From positions 115,940-179,939 of the forward strand of contig JBNKTL010000002.1 of NCBI GenBank assembly GCA_050298055.1: DNA of 64,000 nt. Reading direction: 5' to 3'. The notes below the pieces were generated by a model. It searched no databases. It was not told the origin of the DNA and was given only the letters and a program-made list of their open reading frames with translations. Source of the stretch: Spirochaetota bacterium (GTDB lineage Bacteria; Spirochaetota; UBA4802; UBA5550). Shown in pieces: positions 40,832-49,772 of the stretch. Both the position numbers and the translations under genes were made by a program. Numbering within the stretch: the stretch's first letter is position 1; every line of letters starts with the position of its first letter.

Positions 40832-41872
40832 TTAAGATCCGTATCTTCTCCCTGACAGCTGGCCGCAGGCACCGTCAATATCCGATCCGAGACTCTTGCG
40901 GACGGATATGGGGACATTCATCTTCTCCAGTTCCGCGATAAAATTATCAACCTCATCCTGGCCGGGAACTTCAAGGAGATGGCTGCCGGGATTCAGGGGT
41001 ATGAGGTTCAGTTTGATCCTGCCGTATTTGAACATCTTTTTCAGCCTCCGGGCATCACCGGGACTGATGTTATCCTTTCTCATAATATATTCGATTGTTA
41101 CCCTGTTCCTTGATACGGGTAACTTTTTTTTGAGAAGGCCGGTAATTCCCGAGAAGGGATATTTCTTTTCCACAGGCATGTTTATCATTCTCTTAGCCTG
41201 CTCAGTATCATTAAGGGATATTGCAAGATTGTAGGGCCTTTTTTCATCGATAAAGCGCTCAATCCCGTCTGTCAGTCCCGAGGTGGAGATTGTGATCTTT
41301 CTTGCTGATATATGGAAACCGAAGGAGTAGTTCATAATATCCGCCGCCTTCAGGACATTGTCGTAGTTCCGGAAGGGTTCACCCATGCCCATGAAAACGA
41401 TGTTATTATTGCGAATTCCGGTAATACGCCGGACCTGGTTAAGCTGGTCGAGGATCTCCCCTGTTTCCAGGTTTCTTTTGAAGCCGATCTTTGCCGTCTG
41501 GCAGAACCTGCATCCCATCTGGCACCCGATCTGGCTGGAGATACAGACCGTTAACCTCCCCTCCCCCGTGCCGTCATTCTTGAGAAGGACGGACTCAATG
41601 TAATTCTCATCAAGGGTTTTAAAGAGAAACTTCTCGGTGCCGTCAATCTTTGAGACAAGATGGTCTTCAAGTTTCAGGGGTGCCAGGATGTAGTTTTCAC
41701 TGAGGCCCTTCCTGAGGTCCTTTGAAAAATTTGTCATTTCGTCAAAGGATTCAATATTTTTCTCGTAAAGCCAATTGAAGAGCTGCCGGGCCCTGTAGCT
41801 CCCCTCTCCCCGTTGTGCGAATATCTCTCCGGCCTCACTGATATCAAAGTTCTTGATAATTGCCTGTGACAT
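40832..41872 (-). CDS. rlmN: Dual-specificity RNA methyltransferase RlmN (radical SAM)
   Basis: CISSQIGCQMGCRFC, NIVFMGMGEP, DIDGACGQL; ATG at 41872 (MSQAIIKNF). Confidence 0.96.
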   Translation of the reverse strand: MSQAIIKNFDISEAGEIFAQRGEGSYRARQLFNWLYEKNIESFDEMTNFSKDLRKGLSENYILAPLKLEDHLVSKIDGTEKFLFKTLDENYIESVLLKNDGTGEGRLTVCISSQIGCQMGCRFCQTAKIGFKRNLETGEILDQLNQVRRITGIRNNNIVFMGMGEPFRNYDNVLKAADIMNYSFGFHISARKITISTSGLTDGIERFIDEKRPYNLAISLNDTEQAKRMINMPVEKKYPFSGITGLLKKKLPVSRNRVTIEYIMRKDNISPGDARRLKKMFKYGRIKLNLIPLNPGSHLLEVPGQDEVDNFIAELEKMNVPISVRKSLGSDIDGACGQLSGRRYGS

Positions 41873-41879
41873 CAGCCTG

Positions 41880-44114
41880 TTACTGCTCCACTCTCTTCTC
41901 CCCGGTCCTTGTTGTACTGAGCTGGCGCAGTTCAAAGATTGCCATCTTGTTGTCGGAATCGAGGTTGACAACTCTCTCAAATGTCTTTTTAGCTTCAGCA
42001 TTATCACCTGTCTTTTTATATGTCATGCCAAGGGCAAAGAGGGCATTGGTGAAGTTGCTATCAAGTTCAAGTGCCTTTTCAAACTGTTCTATGGCATAGT
42101 TATAATCCAGCATTTTATAGTAACATGATCCCAGTATATAGAATGCATACTTGTTCATCTTATCATGTACGATATATCTCTCGATGTAGTGAATTGCTTT
42201 GCTGTAATTATTGACCCTGAAATAGTTCTTGGTCAGGTTATAGAGAATTTTCTGGTTATCGGGAAACTTGACGAGGCCATCCTCCAGAATTTCTATTGCT
42301 TCGTAATATTTGTGTGTGGTGATAAGCTTTTTCGACTTCTTAACAATATCAACCGCTTCATCCCTGGCAAGCTCAATAACCAGGAGGGTAATATCATCCT
42401 GGAGTTCCGCATCACCGATATGCCTCTGGAGATCATCTATCAGGGTATTGGAGAACTCTTCCAGGGGGAGGTTCTTCTTTTCAACTGCCACCTGCACGAG
42501 CCTGTCAATGGAATACTCCTCACGGTCCCCATTAACCGCTTCAGGAATCCCATCGGTATAGAGAAGGAGCCTGTCCCCATACTCCAGCTTCGTGGATTTC
42601 TCTTCGTATGAATCCCGGGCTTCTTCAATGGCGCCGATAAACAAACCTCCCGTATCCAGGTACTCTACCTCTCCGGAAGCTGCTCTCAAAAGAAGCCCTT
42701 TCTGGTGACTGGCATTGGAATAAATAATATTATACTCATCATCTATGGAGACCATGAAACAGGTCATATAATCCTGTGTTTTGACATGAGTAAGAATATT
42801 CTGATTCACCTCCTGAAATATCTGTTTGGGGGAGTCATACTTGGCTCCCGCATTACCGAATGATATTTTTGCCATGGTTGTAACCAGGGCGGCAGGAATA
42901 CCATGTCCCGATACGTCAGCAACCATTATACCCAGTTTATCGCCTTTAAGGTAGTGAACGTCATAAAAGTCGCCACCGATCTTCTCCATGGCAATATATC
43001 TTGTGGTAAATTTCAGTTCATGCCAGTCATCGACCCTCCCGGGAAGAATAGACCTCTGGATGATACTTGCCATATCCAGCTGTTTCTGTATCTGGGTGTC
43101 TCTTCCCTGGAGGTCAGTAAGCACCTTCTGGAGCTCAGTTGTCCGCATATCAACCATACTCTCCAGATTTTTTCTGTATTCATCTATCTCCCAGGCCATC
43201 TCCATGAGACCAAATTCAATGGACGCGAATTCACTCTCAAGCGAAAGAACATCAAATGCGGCACTGCCGCCGGAAGCTATCTGTGTTGTAACCCGTCTCA
43301 TGTCATGGAGCATCTTTAAAATGGTCCGTGTATTTATCTGCATGAGCACAAAACTGGTAAAAATAGAAAGCGCAAAATAACTCAGAATGATCTCGGTCTT
43401 GTATTCGTCATAGAAACGGCTCTTCTCCATAAGGGCAGCAAAGGTTAAGAGCGTTATAACCATAAGTATAACGAAAAAGAGGAATTTGACACGGATCCCT
43501 ATGAGAATTCTGGGCCCCAGCTTTATGCCGTTTCTCAGAAGATTGTTGTATACGCTTGCTCTCTCCCTGTTAGTCAGGGTCTCCGTAAGAAGATATGTTG
43601 ATACACCGTAGATTATTAAAATAACCATAGTGGAAAGCGCGGCAATTTTTATGAGGACCGTAAGCTCAGCTATATTTATGGACTTGAAATGCATGTACTC
43701 AAGCAATGTAAATCCTATAAGCAATATCCCGGATATTATTGAATAAAAAACCGCGGCAAAGGTGTTATGCAGGGTAAAATCGGAAAAATAGGAATACATG
43801 GTCTTCAGATCATTAATATGGATATCCATGTCAGATTTATACGCCCTGTTCATCATCCTGTGAGATTTGAAGAGAGCAGGAATCTTAATGGGTGTAAAAA
43901 AACCAAACTGTATAAAATGGAGAATTGAGGCAATTAATACCGATACAGGAAGCCATTTTAAGAGCAGGATAAAAAGCTTATCAAAAGAAAATACGATAAA
44001 TGAACTGCCAAGCACAAGTCCGAATATAGCTGCAATTAAACCGAATAATACTGTAACAAGGGAAACAGCAAAGGTATAACTTATATTTTTTGCAATAAAG
44101 CGAAATATCTTCAT
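41880..44114 (-). CDS. Membrane SpoIIE/PP2C phosphatase with C-terminal TPRs
   Basis: About 6 TM helices, HAMP-like linker, GGDFYD, ADVSGHGIPAA, YTDGIPE, DDITL, then TPR repeats. Confidence 0.92.
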   Translation of the reverse strand: MKIFRFIAKNISYTFAVSLVTVLFGLIAAIFGLVLGSSFIVFSFDKLFILLLKWLPVSVLIASILHFIQFGFFTPIKIPALFKSHRMMNRAYKSDMDIHINDLKTMYSYFSDFTLHNTFAAVFYSIISGILLIGFTLLEYMHFKSINIAELTVLIKIAALSTMVILIIYGVSTYLLTETLTNRERASVYNNLLRNGIKLGPRILIGIRVKFLFFVILMVITLLTFAALMEKSRFYDEYKTEIILSYFALSIFTSFVLMQINTRTILKMLHDMRRVTTQIASGGSAAFDVLSLESEFASIEFGLMEMAWEIDEYRKNLESMVDMRTTELQKVLTDLQGRDTQIQKQLDMASIIQRSILPGRVDDWHELKFTTRYIAMEKIGGDFYDVHYLKGDKLGIMVADVSGHGIPAALVTTMAKISFGNAGAKYDSPKQIFQEVNQNILTHVKTQDYMTCFMVSIDDEYNIIYSNASHQKGLLLRAASGEVEYLDTGGLFIGAIEEARDSYEEKSTKLEYGDRLLLYTDGIPEAVNGDREEYSIDRLVQVAVEKKNLPLEEFSNTLIDDLQRHIGDAELQDDITLLVIELARDEAVDIVKKSKKLITTHKYYEAIEILEDGLVKFPDNQKILYNLTKNYFRVNNYSKAIHYIERYIVHDKMNKYAFYILGSCYYKMLDYNYAIEQFEKALELDSNFTNALFALGMTYKKTGDNAEAKKTFERVVNLDSDNKMAIFELRQLSTTRTGEKRVEQ

Positions 44115-44139
44115 ATCATTACCCGGTAACCTAAAAATT

Positions 44140-44221
44140 AATATAGAAAATCAACAAATACTTGTACATTTATTTAGACTTATCCACATATTGTTATTAA
44201 GATATCTACATTTGTGGATAA
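44140..44221 (-). promoter_or_regulatory. Two perfect DnaA boxes next to a putative sigma70 promoter
   Basis: TTATCCACA 44180-44188 and TGTGGATAA 44213-44221; minus-strand TGTACA (44168-44163)-N17-TATATT (44145-44140). Confidence 0.6.
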
Positions 44222-44252
44222 CTTTGTTAACAATTCCTGACATATTACTCCT

Positions 44253-45446
44253 TTATTCAATTCTGTCAAGTGAAGTTGGTTCTTTTACACAGCGAAAACC
44301 GGCAATGCTGTCACTGTACAGGTTTGGGATACCGCCGATTTCCCTGCTGGTGACCCTTACCCTCTGTTTATTACTGAACCATGCACCACCTCTCATGACC
44401 TTGTACTGAGTGCCATATCTCCTGTCATCATGGCTGTTTCCCTTATATGGCATATACCAGCTTGAGGTCCACTCCATGGCATTTCCCGACATATTAAAAA
44501 CCGAGTAGGGGGATTCCCCTCTCTTTTCAAATGAATAGACCGGGAGATATCTTTCCCCTGTAATTGAAAAATATTCTTTTGTTCCCCTGCCCGTTTTTTC
44601 CCGGGACCAGAACTCCAGGGAGTTTACCCTTTCAGGATTGAATTTTCTGCCCCAGGGATAGATACGTTTAAGGATCTTATTTTCCGTAATATCAGAATCT
44701 GCTCCTCCTGGGCCTCTGGCAGCTTTTTCCCATTCAAATTCAGTAGGCAGCCTCTTGCCGCACCACCTGGCATATGCAAGAGCTTCATGATAGCTGACCA
44801 GTACCGGAAGGTCATCTGCTCCCCTCCCATAGGTCCCCTTTCTCCAAGACAAGGGAGGTTCGTTGTGTGTTGCCTCAACAAATTTTAAAAATTCACGGTT
44901 TGATACTTCATACCTGTCAATATAGTAAGCATCGAGGAACACCTTCTGTTCGGGAGATTCATCCCTGTCTCCCCTGTCAGAACCGAAAAAGAACTTACCC
45001 CCGGGAACGAGGACCATCTCCCTTTCATCAACAACCGATATTATTCGCCTGCTGAATTTCAATTTTTCAAAAAATGGCGGATCTGAGAAATCTCTCACAT
45101 ACTTTTCCGTCTTTTTCAACAACCCGATCTTTAATCCGGAACGTATGAGCATTTCATCTTTCTCCCTGAAAAGCCTGTAGGTAGCAATCCCCCGAATTTT
45201 TCTCCCCGCAACCGGTTTTCCGGTGACTTTCATTAAATCTATCCTGCCGATCACCTTTTTATTTTCAATGATAAGATATTGAGACTTTTCCGGAATCGTA
45301 TCAAAGAGTATGGTCACAAGGTTCCCTTTCCTTCTGCTTTCTATTTCAGCTGAAATTTCATATTCCCGGGATACAAGGGTTGCCCCGGAAAAAAGACAGA
45401 TACCTGCGAGGAAAAAGAGTGCTGATGTTAAAATCTTTTTGTTCAA
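44253..45446 (-). CDS. Exported formylglycine-generating-enzyme (SUMF1) domain protein
   Basis: MVLVPGGKFFFGS, YEVSNREF, KRLPTEFEWEKAARG, MSGNAMEW, RGGAW, GFRC. Confidence 0.9.
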   Translation of the reverse strand: MNKKILTSALFFLAGICLFSGATLVSREYEISAEIESRRKGNLVTILFDTIPEKSQYLIIENKKVIGRIDLMKVTGKPVAGRKIRGIATYRLFREKDEMLIRSGLKIGLLKKTEKYVRDFSDPPFFEKLKFSRRIISVVDEREMVLVPGGKFFFGSDRGDRDESPEQKVFLDAYYIDRYEVSNREFLKFVEATHNEPPLSWRKGTYGRGADDLPVLVSYHEALAYARWCGKRLPTEFEWEKAARGPGGADSDITENKILKRIYPWGRKFNPERVNSLEFWSREKTGRGTKEYFSITGERYLPVYSFEKRGESPYSVFNMSGNAMEWTSSWYMPYKGNSHDDRRYGTQYKVMRGGAWFSNKQRVRVTSREIGGIPNLYSDSIAGFRCVKEPTSLDRIE

Positions 45447-45571
45447 TTTACAGTACCTGGATAACTCATTAATATATACCCCGGGAAGAGATTATAAAAA
45501 CTCATTTTTAGAGGTCCCCATATATATATTTTCGGACCGGTCTATCACGATGTTTAAGATTTTTCACTCTT

Positions 45572-46228
45572 TTAAGAAGCGCTTGTAAAGATCTTTTTAT
45601 CCGGCCACCTGAGGCATGAGAGTTCCCTGCCAAAGATAACACCGGAATCAATCCCGATTATATTTTTTGAATCGTCAAAATAGACCAGGTTGGATCCATC
45701 TAAAAATCTTGTAGGCGTATGACCGAATATTATGGTCTTTTCCCATCTTCGCGATGAGTTGAAGAAAGACTCCCTTATCCAGAGCATGTCCCCTCTTTCC
45801 TGATCATCAATTTTATCCACGGAGGGATTCAGGCCCGCATGTACGGCGATAAAATCTTCACCCTCATAGCAATAATCGAGACTCTTAAAGAAGATGTCGT
45901 GTGCAGGGGGGAGCTCGAACTTTTTTATATTTCTTTTATAGCTCTCTATTGTTGCCCTGCCCCCATTGTGAAGAAACATTCCGTGAAGATCATCCCCATC
46001 AAGATACCTCCTCAACATATTTTCATGATTCCCCGTAAGGAATACGGCATTTACCCTTTTTGATAGAGAAATAAGAAATTCTATGACTTCATAGGAATGA
46101 GCCCCCCTGTCGATATAATCACCGAGAAAAATAAAGGTATCATCATCCTTAAAATGCTCTTTTACAACTTTCATTAAACTCAGGAGCTTATCCAGGTAAC
46201 CGTGAATATCTCCGATTATATAATACAT
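45572..46228 (-). CDS. PPP-type Ser/Thr phosphatase-like metallophosphoesterase
   Basis: GDIHG, GDYIDRG, GNHE, VHAG, FGHT, IDSG. Confidence 0.92.
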   Translation of the reverse strand: MYYIIGDIHGYLDKLLSLMKVVKEHFKDDDTFIFLGDYIDRGAHSYEVIEFLISLSKRVNAVFLTGNHENMLRRYLDGDDLHGMFLHNGGRATIESYKRNIKKFELPPAHDIFFKSLDYCYEGEDFIAVHAGLNPSVDKIDDQERGDMLWIRESFFNSSRRWEKTIIFGHTPTRFLDGSNLVYFDDSKNIIGIDSGVIFGRELSCLRWPDKKIFTSAS

Positions 46229-46245
46229 AAAGAAAATTCTCCCTG

Positions 46246-47373
46246 TCAGCCGATATCCTGCCCCTCCAGATTCTTAATTATTTCGTCAACCTCAATAGGT
46301 TTTTTTATCACTATGCAACCGGCAGCGAGGAGTTTTTCTGCGATCTTATCATCACTTCCATTAATAACAATCACCCTCTTGAAACCGGATGATTTCTCAA
46401 GACACTCATCTATATCTATCCTTATCCTGTTGAGATGTTCAAGATCAATAACAAGGGCCTTATAAGTATCAGGATTTTTCAGAGTATCATTGTTACTCAA
46501 ATCTGCCTTCTTTATGCTGTATCCGTTTTCTGCAAGAAATTCGGTCATCACCATCTCCAGGATAAAATCTGAACTTGCTATAAGGATCTGCCCTGACTTG
46601 CTCTTCCTCCTGTCAATAAAGATCTCGGCTGATCTCACATCATCAAGTGAATCCAGAAACTCAAGTGTAGGGAATGAAATAATGATTTTAAAATTTCCCG
46701 GATCATTAAGGCCGGGAATGCTTACCTGTGCTCCGGCGTCCTTAAGACCTGTGATGGCGGAATATATCCCGATCCCGATGCTGTACCTGCCGCCGGTTAA
46801 ATAGGGGAAAAAAATTCTCTGTATCTTCGCTGCTCCGGGAAAGGATTCTGAGAGGCCAGTGAAGGAAATCATGGTGATAATATTTGAGTATTCCTTTCCT
46901 ACTTTAATCTCACAGCCAGAAGAGTCTTCGAAAAACGGGTAGAGGGAGATCAGGATATTATAGAGCGCGCTCCTTACTCTCTCCCTGGATGTGAGAGTTT
47001 CATATTCACCTTTGCCGTCCGTCTCCCGGTTAAAATTACCGAATTTAAACGTGGATTTAAATTCTCTTATCAGATCGTTGATAAGGTTATTTACATCGAA
47101 CCTGGATTTTTCAATATCTCCGGGCTTGACATTGTGTTCATACTCTTCAAGCATAAATGAATTTGCCAGTGCAAAAAGGGAGTGAAGGACTTTCCTGTAA
47201 TCAACAGGTGTCTCTTCGCCAAACCATTTTTCAGAATTGTGAAGCAATATATCTATGTTTTCATTCAGTACACTCTGGAAGATGATTCTTCTCTGTTCAA
47301 TCTCCGCGGTAAATTTTTTCACAGCTTCCAGCACCGCTTCATCAATCTTCTTTTTGATAGATTCTTTTTCCAT
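46246..47373 (-). CDS. Degenerate HATPase-like plus receiver-like protein
   Basis: RVRSALYNIL (N-box-like), IFFPY...IGIGIY (F/G2-like), then ILIASSD...ALVIDL...IKKPIEVDEI. Confidence 0.6.
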   Translation of the reverse strand: MEKESIKKKIDEAVLEAVKKFTAEIEQRRIIFQSVLNENIDILLHNSEKWFGEETPVDYRKVLHSLFALANSFMLEEYEHNVKPGDIEKSRFDVNNLINDLIREFKSTFKFGNFNRETDGKGEYETLTSRERVRSALYNILISLYPFFEDSSGCEIKVGKEYSNIITMISFTGLSESFPGAAKIQRIFFPYLTGGRYSIGIGIYSAITGLKDAGAQVSIPGLNDPGNFKIIISFPTLEFLDSLDDVRSAEIFIDRRKSKSGQILIASSDFILEMVMTEFLAENGYSIKKADLSNNDTLKNPDTYKALVIDLEHLNRIRIDIDECLEKSSGFKRVIVINGSDDKIAEKLLAAGCIVIKKPIEVDEIIKNLEGQDIG

Positions 47374-47525
47374 TTCATCTCCCGGACTTTTGTACTACCA
47401 ACAGTTATATTCTCTTTGTCGTGGTTTTTCAATTCTTTTTTAGTATGAAAAGCAGGTTTTATAATAAGATTTGTCACAGGGATATCGAGAAAGAAGAAGA
47501 GGTTTCACACGAAGCTCACAGAGCA

Positions 47526-47607
47526 CACGAAGGAAGACCCCCTAACCCCCTAAGGGGGCATAAGAGGATCTGGGATTGATATCTTACACCCCATTCGGGG
47601 GATGGGG
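47526..47607 (+). repeat. C/G-run double-hairpin repeat, copy 1
   Basis: CACGAAGGAAGACCCCCTAACCCCCTAAGGGGGCA...ATATCTTACACCCCATTCGGGGG aligns with 63850-63925. Confidence 0.8.
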
Positions 47608-47636
47608 AGTCATTTATGAAACAACACTTTATATGC

Positions 47637-47673
47637 TTGACAATATGTATAAATACATATATATTATACATAT
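47637..47673 (+). promoter_or_regulatory. Sigma70 promoter with a palindromic operator
   Basis: TTGACA (47637)-N17-TATATT (47660); ATATGTAT-aa-ATACATAT palindrome at 47643-47660 and a third half-site at 47666-47673. Confidence 0.7.
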
Positions 47674-47743
47674 GAAAACAACAATAAATATTGATGACAC
47701 TTTATTAAAAACCGCCATGAAAATCTACGGGGCCAAGCATTAA
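47672..47743 (+). pseudogene. Truncated VapB-like (RHH) antitoxin
   Basis: MKTTINIDDTLLKTAMKIYGAKH* matches the MxTTIxIDDxLL N-terminus of VapB antitoxins; stops after 23 aa and no toxin follows. Confidence 0.7.
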
Positions 47744-47793
47744 CAATTTTTTATTTTATAAAAATCCTGTAAATCATCCGAAGTAAATAAACC

Positions 47794-48774
47794 TTACTTT
47801 TTAGAAACGGAACGGGGGTCAAGGGCATCCTGCATGCCTTCACCCAGAAGATTATACGAGGTGATGGTAATAAAAATTGCAAAACCGGGAATCAGGGTAA
47901 GCCACCAGGCAAAATCCATAAAGTCCCGGGACTGTGAGAGAATGTCCCCCCAGCTCGGTGTGGGAGGTTGGACCCCGAATCCCAGGAAACTCAGTGATGA
48001 CTCAATCAATATGGTGGAGGCAATACCAAATGTGGCGGAGACCAGTACCGGGGCAAGGGAATTGGGAAGAATATGCCTGATAATGATCCAGCTGTCCCTT
48101 GCTCCCATTGCCCGGGACGCGATGATAAAATCGGACTCCCGGAACTTGAAAAATTCCCCCCTCACGATCCGCGCAATACCCGTCCAGCCGGTCAACCCGA
48201 TAACAACCATAACATTAATAAGGCTTGGGCCAATGAGGGCCAGAACCGTAAGGATGAGGAAAAAGGTGGGAAAACAGATAATAATTTCAATAAAGCGGGA
48301 AATAATGAGATCAACTTTTCCTCCATAAAATCCCGCAATCGATCCGATGATAATTCCGATACTCACATAGATAAAAACAGCAATGAATCCTATGAGGATC
48401 GACACCCGCGTACCGTGGATCATCCGTGAAGCAAGGTCCCTCCCCTGTTCATCGGTGCCCAGAAGATGCTTTGAGGAGGGTCCCGTAACAATTGAGTCAA
48501 GGTCATACTCGGAATATGAGTATTTTACGGGAGGAAAAAGCTTAAACCCGGTAAATTTTTCCTTTCGCAGATCTTCATTTCTCAGTTCCGGGTAGTCGAA
48601 GAAGATGGGGAAATAGGTTTTGTCCTGTGATATATAAATATAGGGTTTATTGTTTGCAAGGAGCGGCGCAAATATGGCAACAAAAAAGAGAACTGCCACA
48701 ACGACAAGTCCGCCCATGGCATACCTGTTCCTCTTCAGGTCATACAGGACATTCTGCCAGTATCCCCTGCTCAT
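47794..48774 (-). CDS. oppC: Peptide ABC transporter permease (OppC/DppC)
   Basis: HLLGTDEQGRD, ARIVRG, RHILPN, ESSLSFLGFGVQPPTPSWG. Confidence 0.93.
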   Translation of the reverse strand: MSRGYWQNVLYDLKRNRYAMGGLVVVAVLFFVAIFAPLLANNKPYIYISQDKTYFPIFFDYPELRNEDLRKEKFTGFKLFPPVKYSYSEYDLDSIVTGPSSKHLLGTDEQGRDLASRMIHGTRVSILIGFIAVFIYVSIGIIIGSIAGFYGGKVDLIISRFIEIIICFPTFFLILTVLALIGPSLINVMVVIGLTGWTGIARIVRGEFFKFRESDFIIASRAMGARDSWIIIRHILPNSLAPVLVSATFGIASTILIESSLSFLGFGVQPPTPSWGDILSQSRDFMDFAWWLTLIPGFAIFITITSYNLLGEGMQDALDPRSVSKK

Positions 48775-49772
48775 ATTTTCGACTCCAGTCTTATTCGCGG
48801 ATCAACAACCGCGTAGAGGAGGTCCGATATGAGTATCCCGAAGAGGGTCAGGAGGGCCGATATGGAAGCGATGGCCATAATCACCGGGATATCCCGGGAA
48901 AGGATCGACTCAAAGGCCAGCATTCCCATACCCGGTATGGAAAATATCGATTCAACGATGACGCTCCCTCCCAGAAGACCGGGAAGCAGGGCCGCCATGA
49001 GGGTCACAAGGGGCACCAGGGAGTTCCGGAAGGCATGGACAAAGATGACCTTTTTCTCGGAGAGTCCCTTTGAGCGGGCTGTTGTGATATACTGCTGGTT
49101 GATAACCTCCAGCATGTTTGCCCGGGAATAACGTGAAAGAAACGCGAAGCTGCCATATGTCAGCGTGATAACAGGCAGTACCAGGTGAAAGGCAACATCT
49201 GCGGCTTTTGTGAAAAAGTCCGCTTCAGCGGCCCAGTCAGAGATGATCCCCCCCAGGGGAAAGAAGTTGAGGTATTCTCCCCCGCTGAGATACATGAGAA
49301 GCAGCAGCCCTATCCAGAAGGAGGGGAGTGAATAGAGGACAAAGAGCAGAAGACTTGTCCCCCTGTCAAAGAGGGAATCCTTTTTTACCGCGGAGACGAT
49401 CCCCATGGGGATGGATATGATATATACGATTACCAGGGTAATAATGTTAAGTCCCAGTGTAATGGGGAGAGCATCGGCAATTCGTATTGATACGGGCCGT
49501 CCGTCCTTTCGTGATGTCCCGAAATCCAGGCGGACAAACCTGCTCATCCACTCCGCGTAACCCACAAGAATCGGTTTGTCCAGCCCGTAGAGCTTTTTCT
49601 CCTGTTCGATGATCTCTTTGTCTATGGAACCCGATTTAAGCCCCCCCTGCATTCCCATTTTAAGGGACGTATAATCTCCCGGGGCAAGCCGTACCATGAG
49701 ATAGGTGATAAGGGTTATACCGATAAATGTGGGAATGATAAGGAGAAGCCTTTTTACGATATACTTTTTCAT
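48771..49772 (-). CDS. oppB: Peptide ABC transporter permease (OppB/DppB)
   Basis: YIVKRLLLIIPT, DFGTS, TARSKGL, HAFRN, DPRIR; ATG at 49772. Confidence 0.93.
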   Translation of the reverse strand: MKKYIVKRLLLIIPTFIGITLITYLMVRLAPGDYTSLKMGMQGGLKSGSIDKEIIEQEKKLYGLDKPILVGYAEWMSRFVRLDFGTSRKDGRPVSIRIADALPITLGLNIITLVIVYIISIPMGIVSAVKKDSLFDRGTSLLLFVLYSLPSFWIGLLLLMYLSGGEYLNFFPLGGIISDWAAEADFFTKAADVAFHLVLPVITLTYGSFAFLSRYSRANMLEVINQQYITTARSKGLSEKKVIFVHAFRNSLVPLVTLMAALLPGLLGGSVIVESIFSIPGMGMLAFESILSRDIPVIMAIASISALLTLFGILISDLLYAVVDPRIRLESKI

